Assembly (NCBI GenBank): GCA_041687695.1
Contig: JAWLBL010000018.1
Location: 111,125-175,124 of the forward strand
Source: Myxococcota bacterium
GTDB taxonomy: Bacteria; Myxococcota_A; UBA9042; PHBI01; JAWLBL01
Direction of reading: 5' to 3'
Length of the DNA stretch: 64,000 nucleotides
Part shown: positions 54,849 through 64,000 of the stretch, in pieces
How the letters are laid out: every line of letters starts with the position of its first letter
Position numbering within the stretch: position 1 is the first letter of the stretch
Program-made: the position numbers and the translations under genes
The notes under the pieces: generated by a model
Seen by the model: the letters and a program-made list of their open reading frames with translations, nothing else
What the model was told of the DNA's origin: nothing
Database searches by the model: none

Positions 54849-57530
54849 CTACGGGGCCGACCAGCGGACGACGGCAACGTCCGGCGCGAGGAGGTAGCCG
54901 TCGCGGTCGCGCACCAGCACGTCGCGCAGCCCCGCGCGGCGCAGGGCCGCGATGGCCGCCCGGACCCGCTCCATGGCCGACTCGCGCTCGGCGACCTCGC
55001 CCGGCCAGGCCAGCGCGAACAGGGTCAGGCTGTCGACCGGCGCGTCCCGGTCGGCCAGCGCGTCGAGGACCCGCGCCAGGGTCGGGCGGGTCGACAGGTC
55101 CACCGCCGGCGTCTCGGCCAGGCGGAACCAGGCGGCGCCGGGCCCGATGACCAGCTCCACCCCGGCGGCCGGCTGGCGCCGCTCGACCCGGGCGACCAGC
55201 TGGGCCAGCACCCGCCGCAGCACCACCCCGTCGGTGCCGCCGCCGCCGCCGCCCAGCGCCCCGCGCGCCCGCTCCAGGGTGTCCCGGGCGCGCTCCGTGA
55301 GCCCGGCCAGCGCCGCCGCGTCGGCCTCGAGCGCCAGCAGGCACGCCTCGAGCAGCTCCGGCAGCGGCAAGAGCAGCGGCGCGCCGCTGGAGGTCAGGAC
55401 GCGCCGGGCGGCGGCGATGCCCTCGCGGGCCGGCTCGAGGTGGCCCAGCAGCGCCGCGACCAGGGCCCGGTAGCCGGCCGCGACCGCCGCGTGGACCCGA
55501 TCGCCGACCCCCTCGAGGTCGGCCCGGGCCCGGTCGAGGAGCCGCGCCGCCTCGGCCAGCTCGCCGGCCTCGAGCGCCAGCCGCCCGGCCTGCGCCGCCA
55601 CGACGGCCGCGACGTGGGTGGCGTCGGCCTCGCGGGCCGCGGCGGTAGCCTGCCCGACCGCCTCGTGGGCGGCGTCGAGGCGGCCGCGCGCCTGCTCGAG
55701 CTCGACCACGTTGGTCCAGACGATGGCGACGTCGCGGGGGTGCCCGCAGGCGCGGTGGGCGGCCAGCGCGGCGTGGTAGTGCCGGGCCGCCGCGTCCCAG
55801 TCCGCCTGGGCGCCCGCGAGGATGCCGAGCACCGTGTGCGCCGTCGCCGCCAGCCGCGGCGCGCCCAGCCGGTCGGCCAGCGTCAGGGCGCGCTCGAGGT
55901 GCTCGGCCGCCCGCGCGGGGTCGCGGTGCTGCAGGGCCACGCCCAGGTTGCCGTGGGCCGCGGCCTCGGCGTCGAGGTCACCCGCCTGCCGCGCCAGCCC
56001 CAGCGAGCGCTCGTAGGCCTCGCAGGCCTCGCGCGGCCGGCCCGTGTACAGCAGCGCGGAGCCCAGCGCCTGTTCCAGTCCGGCGCCCACGGCGGCCGGC
56101 GGCCCGGCGGCCAGGCCGCGCTGGGCGATGGTGGTCACGTCCGCCAGCCGGCCGCGGTCCAGGGCGGCCCGCGCCGCGAGCAGCAGCGCCTCGGGCGCGT
56201 CCGGCAGCGAGGCCAGCAGCGCCGCGACCTCGTCGAGCCGGCCGGCGCCGCGCAGCGCCTCGCCCAGGGCCAGCGCGACCGCTCGGCGCGTCGCCTCGCC
56301 GTCACAGGCGCCCAGGGCCTGCTCGAGCCGCGCGATGCGCCGGCTCGCCGCCTCGTCCTGGCGGCCCGGGACGTCCAGGGCCAGCGCGATGGCGGGCCAC
56401 TGGTCGGGCCGCGCGCCCCAGACGGCCTCTAGATCGTCGCGCAGCGCCCGCAGCGCCGGCAGACGATCCCCCGCGTTCGCCCTGAGGGTCTCGGACGCCA
56501 GCGCGACCACCCGCTGGTGATAGCGCGCCACCGCGTCCGCCTCGGCGGGGGCGCGGCTGCGGACCCAGGTGCGCACGGTGCGCAGGATGCGCAGGCGGCC
56601 ACGCTCGGCGGTGACCAGGCTGCGATCGACCAGCCCGGCCAGGGCGAGGGCCACGTCGTCCACGCCGTCGACCACCGCCTCGGCGACGCCCGCCTCGAAG
56701 GCGCCCTCGAACAGGGCCAGCTGCGACAGGGTGGCCTGCTCGTCCGGCGACAGGCGCTCCCAGGACAGCTCCAGCGCCGCCGGGAGGCTCTCGTGGCGCG
56801 CCGTGGCGTCGCGCCGTCGGTTGACCAGGGCGTCCAGGCGCTCGTCCAGGCGCGCCAACAGGGCGGCCGGACCCAGGATGGGCAGCCGCGCGGCCGCGAG
56901 CTCGAGCGCGAGCGGCAGGCGATCGAGGCGCTCGGCCAGCGCCGCCAGCGCCTCGGCCTCGGCGCCAGCGGCGTCCCAGTCGGCGACCAGTGCCCGCGCG
57001 CCGCGCCGCAGCAGGGCCACCGCCTCGGGCAGGGCCAGCGGGGGCACCCGGACGACCTGCTCGGCCTCGAGGCGCAGCCGCTCGCGGGCCGTGACCAGCA
57101 CCGCCGGCGAGCCGCCCGGCGTCCGCCGCCAGGCCGTCAGCAGCTCGCTCACGGCGCTGGTCACCCGGTCCGCGTCGTCGAGGACCACCAGCGTCGGGGC
57201 CGCGGCCGTCAGGGCGCGCCGCAGCGCCTCGATGGCCGGCGCCCGGTCGGGGGCCTGGAGCGAGGCGCCCGCCGCGGCCGCCAGGCGCGCCAGGACGTCG
57301 TCCAGATCGCGGGCGGCCGACAGATCGGCCCAGGCGACGCGCACGCCCGCTTCGTGCAGCTCGGTCGCGAGGCCCCGCGCGAGGCGGGTCTTGCCGGCGC
57401 CCGGCGCGCCGACCAGCGACACCAGCGCGGGCGTTGGCTGGCGCAGGGCCGCGCGCAGGGTCGCCAGCGCGTCGGCGCGGCCGAGCAGCGCGTCGGGGGC
57501 GGGGTCGGGCCAGGCGGGCTGGGGCGTCAC
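54849..57530 (-). CDS. STAND (NB-ARC-like) ATPase with TPRs and C-terminal winged-helix DNA-binding domain
   Basis: LLGR, GAPGAGKT, LVVLDD, VLVTARE, RLPLALELAA, SWERL; TPRs; C-terminal L...AWPGE...LRR.GL...GYLL. Confidence 0.85.
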   Translation of the reverse strand: MTPQPAWPDPAPDALLGRADALATLRAALRQPTPALVSLVGAPGAGKTRLARGLATELHEAGVRVAWADLSAARDLDDVLARLAAAAGASLQAPDRAPAIEALRRALTAAAPTLVVLDDADRVTSAVSELLTAWRRTPGGSPAVLVTARERLRLEAEQVVRVPPLALPEAVALLRRGARALVADWDAAGAEAEALAALAERLDRLPLALELAAARLPILGPAALLARLDERLDALVNRRRDATARHESLPAALELSWERLSPDEQATLSQLALFEGAFEAGVAEAVVDGVDDVALALAGLVDRSLVTAERGRLRILRTVRTWVRSRAPAEADAVARYHQRVVALASETLRANAGDRLPALRALRDDLEAVWGARPDQWPAIALALDVPGRQDEAASRRIARLEQALGACDGEATRRAVALALGEALRGAGRLDEVAALLASLPDAPEALLLAARAALDRGRLADVTTIAQRGLAAGPPAAVGAGLEQALGSALLYTGRPREACEAYERSLGLARQAGDLDAEAAAHGNLGVALQHRDPARAAEHLERALTLADRLGAPRLAATAHTVLGILAGAQADWDAAARHYHAALAAHRACGHPRDVAIVWTNVVELEQARGRLDAAHEAVGQATAAAREADATHVAAVVAAQAGRLALEAGELAEAARLLDRARADLEGVGDRVHAAVAAGYRALVAALLGHLEPAREGIAAARRVLTSSGAPLLLPLPELLEACLLALEADAAALAGLTERARDTLERARGALGGGGGGTDGVVLRRVLAQLVARVERRQPAAGVELVIGPGAAWFRLAETPAVDLSTRPTLARVLDALADRDAPVDSLTLFALAWPGEVAERESAMERVRAAIAALRRAGLRDVLVRDRDGYLLAPDVAVVRWSAP

Positions 57531-57591
57531 GCGGGCTCGGGGCCGGAGAGGGGGAGCGCGCCGGCACGACGCGGGGTTGGGCCGGGGCGCG

Positions 57592-57897
57592 TCAGCTCTG
57601 GCACATCTTGCGGCCGTCCTTGGACTTGCACCAGAAGCCCTGGGCGCAGTCGCGGTCGGAGTCGCAGGCGAACAGGCAGTAGTCCTTGTCGCGGCAGAAC
57701 ATGTCGTCGGGGCAGTCGCGGTCGTCGCGGCAGGACAGGGTGCACATGCCGTCGCGGCTGCACTTGTCGCTGCGGCAGCAGAAGGTGTCGCCGGAGCAGT
57801 CGCCGTGGCCGCGGCAGGGCTCGCCCAGGGTGTCGCCGCAGGCGGGGGCGATGAGGAGCAGGGCCGGCAGGGACAGGGTCAGCAGCAGCGAACGCAT
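57592..57897 (-). CDS. Small Cys-rich lipoprotein
   Basis: GGAGG RBS, signal ending APAC, repeated CxxxxDC units. Confidence 0.85.
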   Translation of the reverse strand: MRSLLLTLSLPALLLIAPACGDTLGEPCRGHGDCSGDTFCCRSDKCSRDGMCTLSCRDDRDCPDDMFCRDKDYCLFACDSDRDCAQGFWCKSKDGRKMCQS

Positions 57898-57998
57898 CGG
57901 GACCTCCCAGGGGTGACCGCGCCAATGTCGTGTATTCCGCGGGGCCGAGACAAGCGGAGCCGCTAACGTGGGCTTACGAAGCGGCCGACGACGAAGGG

Positions 57999-59408
57999 TC
58001 AGGCGGCGGGTGCCTCGAGCTCGCTGAGGAGGGCGCGGGCCTCGTCGGCGCAGGGTTGGCACTCGTAGGCGCGGGTGACCTGCAGGAGGATGGCGCGGGC
58101 CTGCTCGCGGGCGTCGGTGTGCGACAGGAGCAGGCGCGCGTACAGGACCAGGGCCTGGCCGGCGGCGGGCGTGGTGAGGTCGAGGTGGGCCAGATCGCGG
58201 CAGAGCCGGGCGGCGTCCTGGGCCGCGCCGGTGGCGGCGACGGCGCGCGCGAGGCGGAGGGCGAGGTCCTGCTCGAGGGTGGTGGGCAGGGCGGAGGCGC
58301 CCGTGGCGAGGCGGGCGCGCCACAGGGCGAGGGCGGTGGGGTCGTCGCCGGCGGCGAGGGCGGCGCGGAGGTCGGCGGCGTCCGCGTCGTCGACGAGGTC
58401 GAGGGCGTCGTGGGCGCCGAAGCTGGGGGGCAGGGCGGGCGCGGGCTCGGGCGGGAGGGTGCCCCGGGGGACGGCGTCGGGGGCGACGGGGACGTGGAGG
58501 TCTTCGTCGCGGAGGGTGCCGAAGGTGGTGCCGTGCTGGAAGACGAGGCGGCCGAGGACGAAGGCGGCGCAGGAGGCGATGGCGACGTCGAGCATGCCGG
58601 CGGCGATGGAGGGGAGGAAGGGGACGGGGAGGCGGAGGAGGACCCAGGCGGCGCCGGCCTCGAGGAAGTGGCCGCCGACCTGGATGGCCAGCCACAGATA
58701 GAAGGCGTGCAGGTAGGGGCGCGGGATGCGGGAGATGAGGCCGAGGGTGAGGCGGGGGTCGAGCATGGCCAGGATGCTCTGGGAGACGGCGGCGACGATG
58801 AGGGTGGCCGGGAGGTAGGCCAGGCCGAGGAGCAGGAAGAGGACGAGCAGCGGGTCGTCGCGGAGGGCGCCGCCGTGGAAGATGGCGAAGACCGACCCGT
58901 GGGCGTGGTGGGCGTAGAAGGCGGTAGGCAGCCAGACGAGGGCGTAGCCCAGGAGGAAGCGCAAGAAGCTGGCGGCGAGGCCGCCGACCTGCTCGACGTC
59001 GTCGAAGTGGGGGAGGCGCTCGCCGCCGAAGGCCGCGAAGCGGATGACGAGCAGGGTGTAGGCCGCGTGGACGGCGAGGCCGAGGATGAAGCCGACGACG
59101 GGGATGAAGCCGAGGGCCCAGACGAAGAAGGCGATGGCGGCGAGCTGGAGCAGGCCGTCGGCGGTGGCGATGGCGCGGACGAAGCCGGGGAGGGCGGCGG
59201 CGGGCGCGGTGGTCTGGCGCGGGACGCGGTTCGGGACGGCCTCGGCGCGGCAGGCGGTGCACTTGGGGAGCTGGACGCGCGCGACGGTGGCCGTGGCGGT
59301 GCAGGCCTCGCAGAGCTGGCGGTCGCAGCCGGTGCAGCGCCAGGGGGCGACGGCGAGCGGGTGGGTGGTGCAGCGCGGGGCGGCGCGGGCGGCGAAGGGG
59401 CTGGTCAT
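57999..59408 (-). CDS. B-box zinc-finger membrane protein with C-terminal TPR-like region
   Basis: CxxHP....CxxC...CxxC N-terminus, about 5 TMs, helical C-terminus; ATG at 59408. Confidence 0.75.
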   Translation of the reverse strand: MTSPFAARAAPRCTTHPLAVAPWRCTGCDRQLCEACTATATVARVQLPKCTACRAEAVPNRVPRQTTAPAAALPGFVRAIATADGLLQLAAIAFFVWALGFIPVVGFILGLAVHAAYTLLVIRFAAFGGERLPHFDDVEQVGGLAASFLRFLLGYALVWLPTAFYAHHAHGSVFAIFHGGALRDDPLLVLFLLLGLAYLPATLIVAAVSQSILAMLDPRLTLGLISRIPRPYLHAFYLWLAIQVGGHFLEAGAAWVLLRLPVPFLPSIAAGMLDVAIASCAAFVLGRLVFQHGTTFGTLRDEDLHVPVAPDAVPRGTLPPEPAPALPPSFGAHDALDLVDDADAADLRAALAAGDDPTALALWRARLATGASALPTTLEQDLALRLARAVAATGAAQDAARLCRDLAHLDLTTPAAGQALVLYARLLLSHTDAREQARAILLQVTRAYECQPCADEARALLSELEAPAA

Positions 59409-59458
59409 GCGGGGCACGATAGCAGAGCGGGCCGCCCGACCCCTACGGCCGCCCGTGC

Positions 59459-60727
59459 CTACGCGGCGAGGCGGCGGGCGGCGAGGTGCCAGACCAGGCC
59501 GGCGGCGATGAGGCCGAGGCCGGCGAGCCAGATGGCGGGGTCGACCCAGAAGGCGAGGGCGAGGCAGCTGACCAGGCCCAGGGCGGGGACCAGGCGCGGG
59601 TAGCGGCGGTGCTCGGGGGGCAGGCGCAGGGCGGCGAGGTTGGTGAGGGCGTAGTAGACCAGGACGGTGAAGGCGCTGAAGGACCAGGTGGTCTTGACGT
59701 TGCCGAGCAGGACCAGGACGGCGACCAGGGCGCCGATGACCAGGACGGCGCGGCGGGGGGAGCCGCCGGTGACGTGGGCGAGGGCGGGGGGCATGTCGGC
59801 GCGGCGGGCCATGGCGAGCAGGACGCGGGACAGGCCCAGGACGAGGTTGAGCAGGACGCTGGCCATGGCGGTGAGGGCGCCGAGGGAGATGAGCCAGGGC
59901 AGGGCGGGGGCGTCGAAGGCCTGGGAGACGACGGCGAGGGGGGCGGCTTCGGCGCGGGTGGCGTCGGCGAGGCCGGCCGAGCCGACGGCGTAGACGGCGA
60001 CGGCGGTGACGGTGACGTACAGGGCCGCGGTGGCCCACAGGGTCAGGACGATGGCGCGGGGGATGCTGCGCTGCGGGTCGCGGACCTCTTCGCCCAGGGT
60101 CGCGATGCGGCCGTAGCCGGTGTAGGCGACGAACATCAGGGCGGTGGCCTCGAGCAGGTCGGGCAGCGGCGTGTCCAAGGGCGAGGTCGGGTCGGCGGGG
60201 GCCTCGAGGGCGACGGGCAGGCCGAAGGCGACGAAGGCGGCCAAGGCGACCAGGGTCGAGGTGACGATGAGGGCGTTGGTGCGGTTCGAGCGGTGCATCC
60301 CGCCGGCGACCAGCAGGGTCACGGCGGCGACAAGGGCCAGGCCGAGCAGGACGCGGGCGGTGGTCTGGGACTGGTCGAGGGAGGTCAGGGCGTAGCCGGC
60401 GAAGCCGAGGGCGGCGGTGGCGGCCGAGGCGCCCTTGGCGCACAGGAACATCCAGCCGGCGGTGAAGCCGAGGGCGGGGTTCAAGTAGCGGTAGCCGTAC
60501 TCGTAGGTGCCGCCGCTGACCGGGTGGCTGGCGGCGAGCTGGGCGCTGGACAGGCCGTTGAAGGTGGCGACCAGGGCGGCCAGGGCGACGGCGGGCAGGA
60601 CGCCGGGGCCGGCGACGCCCGCGGCGACGCCGATGCTGACGAAGATGCCGGTGCCCAGGATGGAGCCGAGGCCCATCAGGACCGCGCCCGGGACGCCGAC
60701 GACGCGGTGGAGCTGGGTGTGGGTCAT
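59459..60727 (-). CDS. APC-family amino acid permease
   Basis: GSILGTGIF, PVSGGTY, FVAYTGY, EEVRDP.RSIPRA; about 12 TMs. Confidence 0.92.
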   Translation of the reverse strand: MTHTQLHRVVGVPGAVLMGLGSILGTGIFVSIGVAAGVAGPGVLPAVALAALVATFNGLSSAQLAASHPVSGGTYEYGYRYLNPALGFTAGWMFLCAKGASAATAALGFAGYALTSLDQSQTTARVLLGLALVAAVTLLVAGGMHRSNRTNALIVTSTLVALAAFVAFGLPVALEAPADPTSPLDTPLPDLLEATALMFVAYTGYGRIATLGEEVRDPQRSIPRAIVLTLWATAALYVTVTAVAVYAVGSAGLADATRAEAAPLAVVSQAFDAPALPWLISLGALTAMASVLLNLVLGLSRVLLAMARRADMPPALAHVTGGSPRRAVLVIGALVAVLVLLGNVKTTWSFSAFTVLVYYALTNLAALRLPPEHRRYPRLVPALGLVSCLALAFWVDPAIWLAGLGLIAAGLVWHLAARRLAA

Positions 60728-60882
60728 CGGGCGATCCCGGTCGGAGGGGCCAGGGGCTGGGAATAGACCGGCGCGGGCGAGTTGGCAAACTTCTGTGTTT
60801 CCCGTACCTTGTGGCGCTCTGCAGGGGGCCGTTAGGGTCGCCGCTCCCACCGCCCGGGCGAGCCGGGCAAGGAGCGGACCTC

Positions 60883-61797
60883 ATGAGAATCACTGCATCT
60901 TCCAGCGCCGCGGCGTTTGCGGCCTGCCTGATGCTGGCGGCGCCCACGGCGAGCGCGCAGGTGCGGCCCGGGCCCGAGGCGGGCGCCGGGTCGGTGCTGC
61001 GGCAGGGCGGCAACGACGCGCTGGAGTGGAAGTTCCGGCGCTTCAGCGGCGGCGAGTACGCGGCGACCGGCGCCCTGGTCGGCACGATGCTGGGCATCGA
61101 GCTGCTGAGCCCCAAGTCGTCGGGGATCGAGTGGCGCGGCGGCGTCCTGATGGACGACTTCGTGCGCGACGGGCTGCGCGAGGAGACCCAGGCCGGGCGC
61201 GACAAGGCCGGAGCGGCCAGCGACGTGCTGCTGTGGTCGCTGATGGCGGCGCCGATGCTGGACGCGGGGCTGACGGCCGGCGTGGCGCACGGCAACTCGG
61301 ACGTCGCCTGGCAGATGGCGATGATCAACGCGCAGTCGTACGCGGTCAGCGGGCTGGCGCAGCAGGTGACCAAGCGCGTGTTCAAGCGGGCGCGGCCCTA
61401 CGAGCAGAACTGCGGCGTCGATCCGACGCAGACGGACTGCGAGGAGGACGGCAGCAAGAACGAGTCGATGATCAGCGGCCACGCGGCGATGGCCTTCACG
61501 GCGGCCGGGCTGATGTGCGCGCACCACGAGAACCTGCCGCTGTACGGCGGCGGGACGGCCGACGATCTGGCCTGCGGGATCGCGCTGGGCGCGGCGACGG
61601 CGACCGGGGCGCTGCGCATCGCGGCGGACAAGCACTACGTGTCCGACGTGGCGGCCGGCGCGGCGGTGGGGCTGGTGTCGGGCTACCTGCTGCCCAAGTG
61701 GCTGCACTACGACAAGCCCAAGGGCGAGGTGTCGGACACGTACGTCGCGCCGGCGGCGGGCGAGTTCACCGGGGTGCAGTTCGGCGGACGCTTTTGA
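60883..61797 (+). CDS. PAP2-family phosphatase-like protein
   Basis: [36 protein letters not shown]; signal peptide. Confidence 0.85.
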   Translation: MRITASSSAAAFAACLMLAAPTASAQVRPGPEAGAGSVLRQGGNDALEWKFRRFSGGEYAATGALVGTMLGIELLSPKSSGIEWRGGVLMDDFVRDGLREETQAGRDKAGAASDVLLWSLMAAPMLDAGLTAGVAHGNSDVAWQMAMINAQSYAVSGLAQQVTKRVFKRARPYEQNCGVDPTQTDCEEDGSKNESMISGHAAMAFTAAGLMCAHHENLPLYGGGTADDLACGIALGAATATGALRIAADKHYVSDVAAGAAVGLVSGYLLPKWLHYDKPKGEVSDTYVAPAAGEFTGVQFGGRF

Positions 61798-63061
61798 CGA
61801 GCGGCGCCCTGGCGGCGTCCCGCGGGGCGCCGCCGGGGTGCGTCTCGCGCATGCGGAGGGCGGCGAGCAGGCCGGAGGCGAAGGTGAGGGCGGCGACGGC
61901 GGCGATGGCGGCGGGGAGGCCGAAGGCGTCGGCGAGCAGGCCGGCGAGGATCGCGCCGAGCGCGTAGCCGAGGTCGCGCCAGAGGCGGTAGACGCCGACG
62001 GCCGAGGCGCGCCAGGAGGGGTGGGCGACGTCGCCGAGGGCGGCGAGCAGGGTCGGGTAGACCATCGCGGTGCCCAGGCCCAGCAGGACGGCGCCCGCGG
62101 CGAAGAGGGCGAAGTCGGTCGCGATCGCGGTGAGGGCGATGCCGGCGGCCTGCACCCACATGCCGCCGACGATGAGGCCCTTGCGGCCCAGGCGGTCGGA
62201 GAGAGCGCCGGTGAAGAGCTGGCCGAGGCCCCAGACGGCCGGGTAGAGGGCGGCGAGGACGGCGATCTGCTTCAGATCGAGGCCGGCGGCGGCGAAGGCG
62301 AGGGGGAACAGGCCCCAGGCCATGCCGTCGTTGAGGTTGTTGACGAGGCCGGCCTGGGTGACCGAGGAGAGGTCGCGGTCGAAGAGGGTGGTGCGCCAGA
62401 AGACCTGGCGCGGGGTGGGGCGGCCCTCGGGGGGGAGATCGCCGGCGAGCAGGCTCTCCTGGGCGACGTGGTGGCGGGTCTCGCGGACCAGGAAGGCCGA
62501 CAGGAAGAGGCCCAGGGCGACGAAGGCGACGCCCAGGTAGAAGGGCTGGGGGCGCAGGGCGTAGCGGGCGGCGATCCAGCCGGTGGCGAGGGCGGACAGG
62601 GCGACGGCGACGTAGCCGGCGGCCTCGTTGAGGCCCATGGCGAGGCCGCGGCGGGCGGGGCCGGCCAGATCGATCTTCATGATGACGGTGGTCGACCAGG
62701 TCAGGCCCTGGCTGACGCCGAGCAGGACGTTGGCGGCGAGGACCCAGCCCCAGGTGGGGGCGGCCATCAGCATGAAGGGGACGGGCGCCGCGACCAGCCA
62801 GCCGGCGACCAGGACGTGTTTGCGGCCGAAGGCGTCGGAGAGGCGGCCGGCGAGGTAGTTGGTGAGGGCCTTGGTGACGCCGAAGACGACGATGAACGAG
62901 AGGATGGCGCTGTGGGCGGCCAGGTTGAACTCGTCCTCGGCGATGGCGGGCAGGATGCTGCGCTCGAGGCCGACCATGGCGCCGACGAAGGCGTTGACGA
63001 CGACCAGGAGGGAGAACTGGGCGAGGTTCTCGCGCAGGCCCAGGCGGGGCGGGGCGGTCAT
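61766..63061 (-). CDS. MFS transporter
   Basis: GRLSDAFGRK and GALSDRLGRK motif A copies; about 12 TMs. Confidence 0.92.
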   Translation of the reverse strand: MTAPPRLGLRENLAQFSLLVVVNAFVGAMVGLERSILPAIAEDEFNLAAHSAILSFIVVFGVTKALTNYLAGRLSDAFGRKHVLVAGWLVAAPVPFMLMAAPTWGWVLAANVLLGVSQGLTWSTTVIMKIDLAGPARRGLAMGLNEAAGYVAVALSALATGWIAARYALRPQPFYLGVAFVALGLFLSAFLVRETRHHVAQESLLAGDLPPEGRPTPRQVFWRTTLFDRDLSSVTQAGLVNNLNDGMAWGLFPLAFAAAGLDLKQIAVLAALYPAVWGLGQLFTGALSDRLGRKGLIVGGMWVQAAGIALTAIATDFALFAAGAVLLGLGTAMVYPTLLAALGDVAHPSWRASAVGVYRLWRDLGYALGAILAGLLADAFGLPAAIAAVAALTFASGLLAALRMRETHPGGAPRDAARAPLVKSVRRTAPR

Positions 63062-63741
63062 GGGTGGGGCTGGAGGGCGGTGGTGATGGGGAGGCCGCGG
63101 GCGCGCCAGTCGGTGACGCCCTCGTCGAGGCGGAGGGCGCGGAAGCCGTGGGCGCGCAGGAGCTGGACGGCGTCGAGGGCCATGACGCAGTAGGGGCCGC
63201 GGCAGTAGGCGACGACCTCGCGGTCGCGGGGGAGGGTGGCGAGGCGGTCGGCGAGATCGGCGACGGGGACGGAGAGGGCGCCGGGGAGGTGGCCGGCGGC
63301 GAACTCTTCGGGCGGGCGGACGTCGAGCAGGGTGACCTCGCCGGCGCGGATGCGAGCGACCAGGCGGTCGGCGTCGACGGGCTCCAAGGCGTCGCGCTCG
63401 GCGAGGAAGCGGCGGGTGGCGTCCTGGATCTCGAGGAGGCGATCTTCGGCGAGGCGGCGGAAGGCGCCGAAGAAGGCCTGCACGTCGGGGTGGGCGAGGC
63501 GGTAGACGGCGTGCAGGCCGCGCTTTTCGGCCTCGACCAGGCGGGCGCGGCGCAGGACCTGCAGGTGCTGGGAGGTGTTGGCGACCGACTGGCCGACCTG
63601 CTGGGCCAGGTCGTCGACGGTGCGCGGGCCCTGGGCCAGCAGATCGAGCAGCTCGACGCGCGGGCCGCTGGACAAGGCCTTGCCGAGGCGCGCGAGGTGC
63701 TCGTAGACGGTGTTCTTGAGGTCGCGGGAGGTGGTCGTCAT
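63058..63741 (-). CDS. ArsR/SmtB regulator fused to a rhodanese domain
   Basis: GKALSSGPRVELL...SQHLQVL HTH; LLDVRP.EEF..GHLPGA; YCRGPYC active loop. Confidence 0.93.
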   Translation of the reverse strand: MTTTSRDLKNTVYEHLARLGKALSSGPRVELLDLLAQGPRTVDDLAQQVGQSVANTSQHLQVLRRARLVEAEKRGLHAVYRLAHPDVQAFFGAFRRLAEDRLLEIQDATRRFLAERDALEPVDADRLVARIRAGEVTLLDVRPPEEFAAGHLPGALSVPVADLADRLATLPRDREVVAYCRGPYCVMALDAVQLLRAHGFRALRLDEGVTDWRARGLPITTALQPHP

Positions 63742-63757
63742 GGGCGGCTCGCAAGTG

Positions 63758-63800
63758 ATCAAGTGATTGCTTGAATAGTGCGTGCGAGCCGAGGTGTCAA
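63758..63800 (-). promoter_or_regulatory. Promoter and palindromic operator of the ArsR-rhodanese/MFS operon
   Basis: TCAAG-N6-CTTGA inverted repeat (63759-63774) overlapping TTGACA-N17-TATTCA on the minus strand. Confidence 0.6.
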
Positions 63801-63836
63801 AGGGCTGGTCGCGAGGGCGGAGGTGGGCGGGGGGGC

Positions 63837-64000
63837 GGCCGGCTGGAAGAGGGTGTCGTATCGATGCCGGCTGAGGCTTCCTTGGAGTGCTCCAGCTTGC
63901 TGGAGCCCCGGCCCCGGCGGCTTGCCGCCGGGATCTGGCCGCCAAACCCGGCGCAGCAAGCTGCGCCGGATGGGGGCTCCACCAAGGTGGAGCACTCCGG
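63837..64000. repeat. REP/REPIN (MITE)-like multi-hairpin element, copy 2 (runs off the window)
   Basis: Same sequence and orientation as 29984-30143; four hairpins with CTTG, CTTG, CAAG, CAAG loops. Confidence 0.85.

Noticed and set aside
54849..57530. Avs-like defence NLR
   Set aside because: Host-like GC, no nuclease or other effector domain, and a C-terminal winged helix typical of myxobacterial STAND transcription regulators
61766..61797. 32-bp 3' overlap of the convergent PAP2 and MFS genes as antisense regulation
   Set aside because: Short convergent overlaps are common in GC-rich genomes; no further evidence

Overview
A very GC-rich bacterial chromosome segment, most likely Myxococcota: it has a MYXO-CTERM-like sorting tail, a myxobacterial-type pilB-pilT-pilC-pilS-pilR-pilG-pilH-pilI locus and many Cys-rich lipoproteins. 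The core part (about 7.4-30 kb) holds the type IVa pilus operon, which lacks pilA and has two nucleotide-sugar enzyme genes inserted between pilG and pilH, followed by trmFO-topA-dprA and a fadN/thiolase pair. Accessory parts are: a WG-repeat/HEAT-paralog operon (0.2-5.3 kb); a lower-GC three-gene cassette encoding a TIGR04255-like protein, a HEAT protein and a putative ADP-ribosyltransferase-fold protein (5.3-7.4 kb); a CzcCBA-type efflux operon with a duplicated Cys/His module (30-37 kb); a lower-GC candidate defence cassette encoding a degenerate STAND-TPR protein and a ComEC-like MBL hydrolase, behind a probable methyltransferase remnant (37-40.5 kb); an orphan helical protein followed by a 44-bp palindromic tandem array; a Cys-rich metallothionein-like ORF with 144-bp tandem duplications; and regulators, Cys-rich surface proteins and transporters (42.7-63.8 kb). 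A four-hairpin REP/REPIN-like element occurs twice (about 30.0 and 63.84 kb). I found no rRNA, tRNA, CRISPR array or intact transposase/integrase. All protein calls come from recognising motifs by eye; no searches were run.
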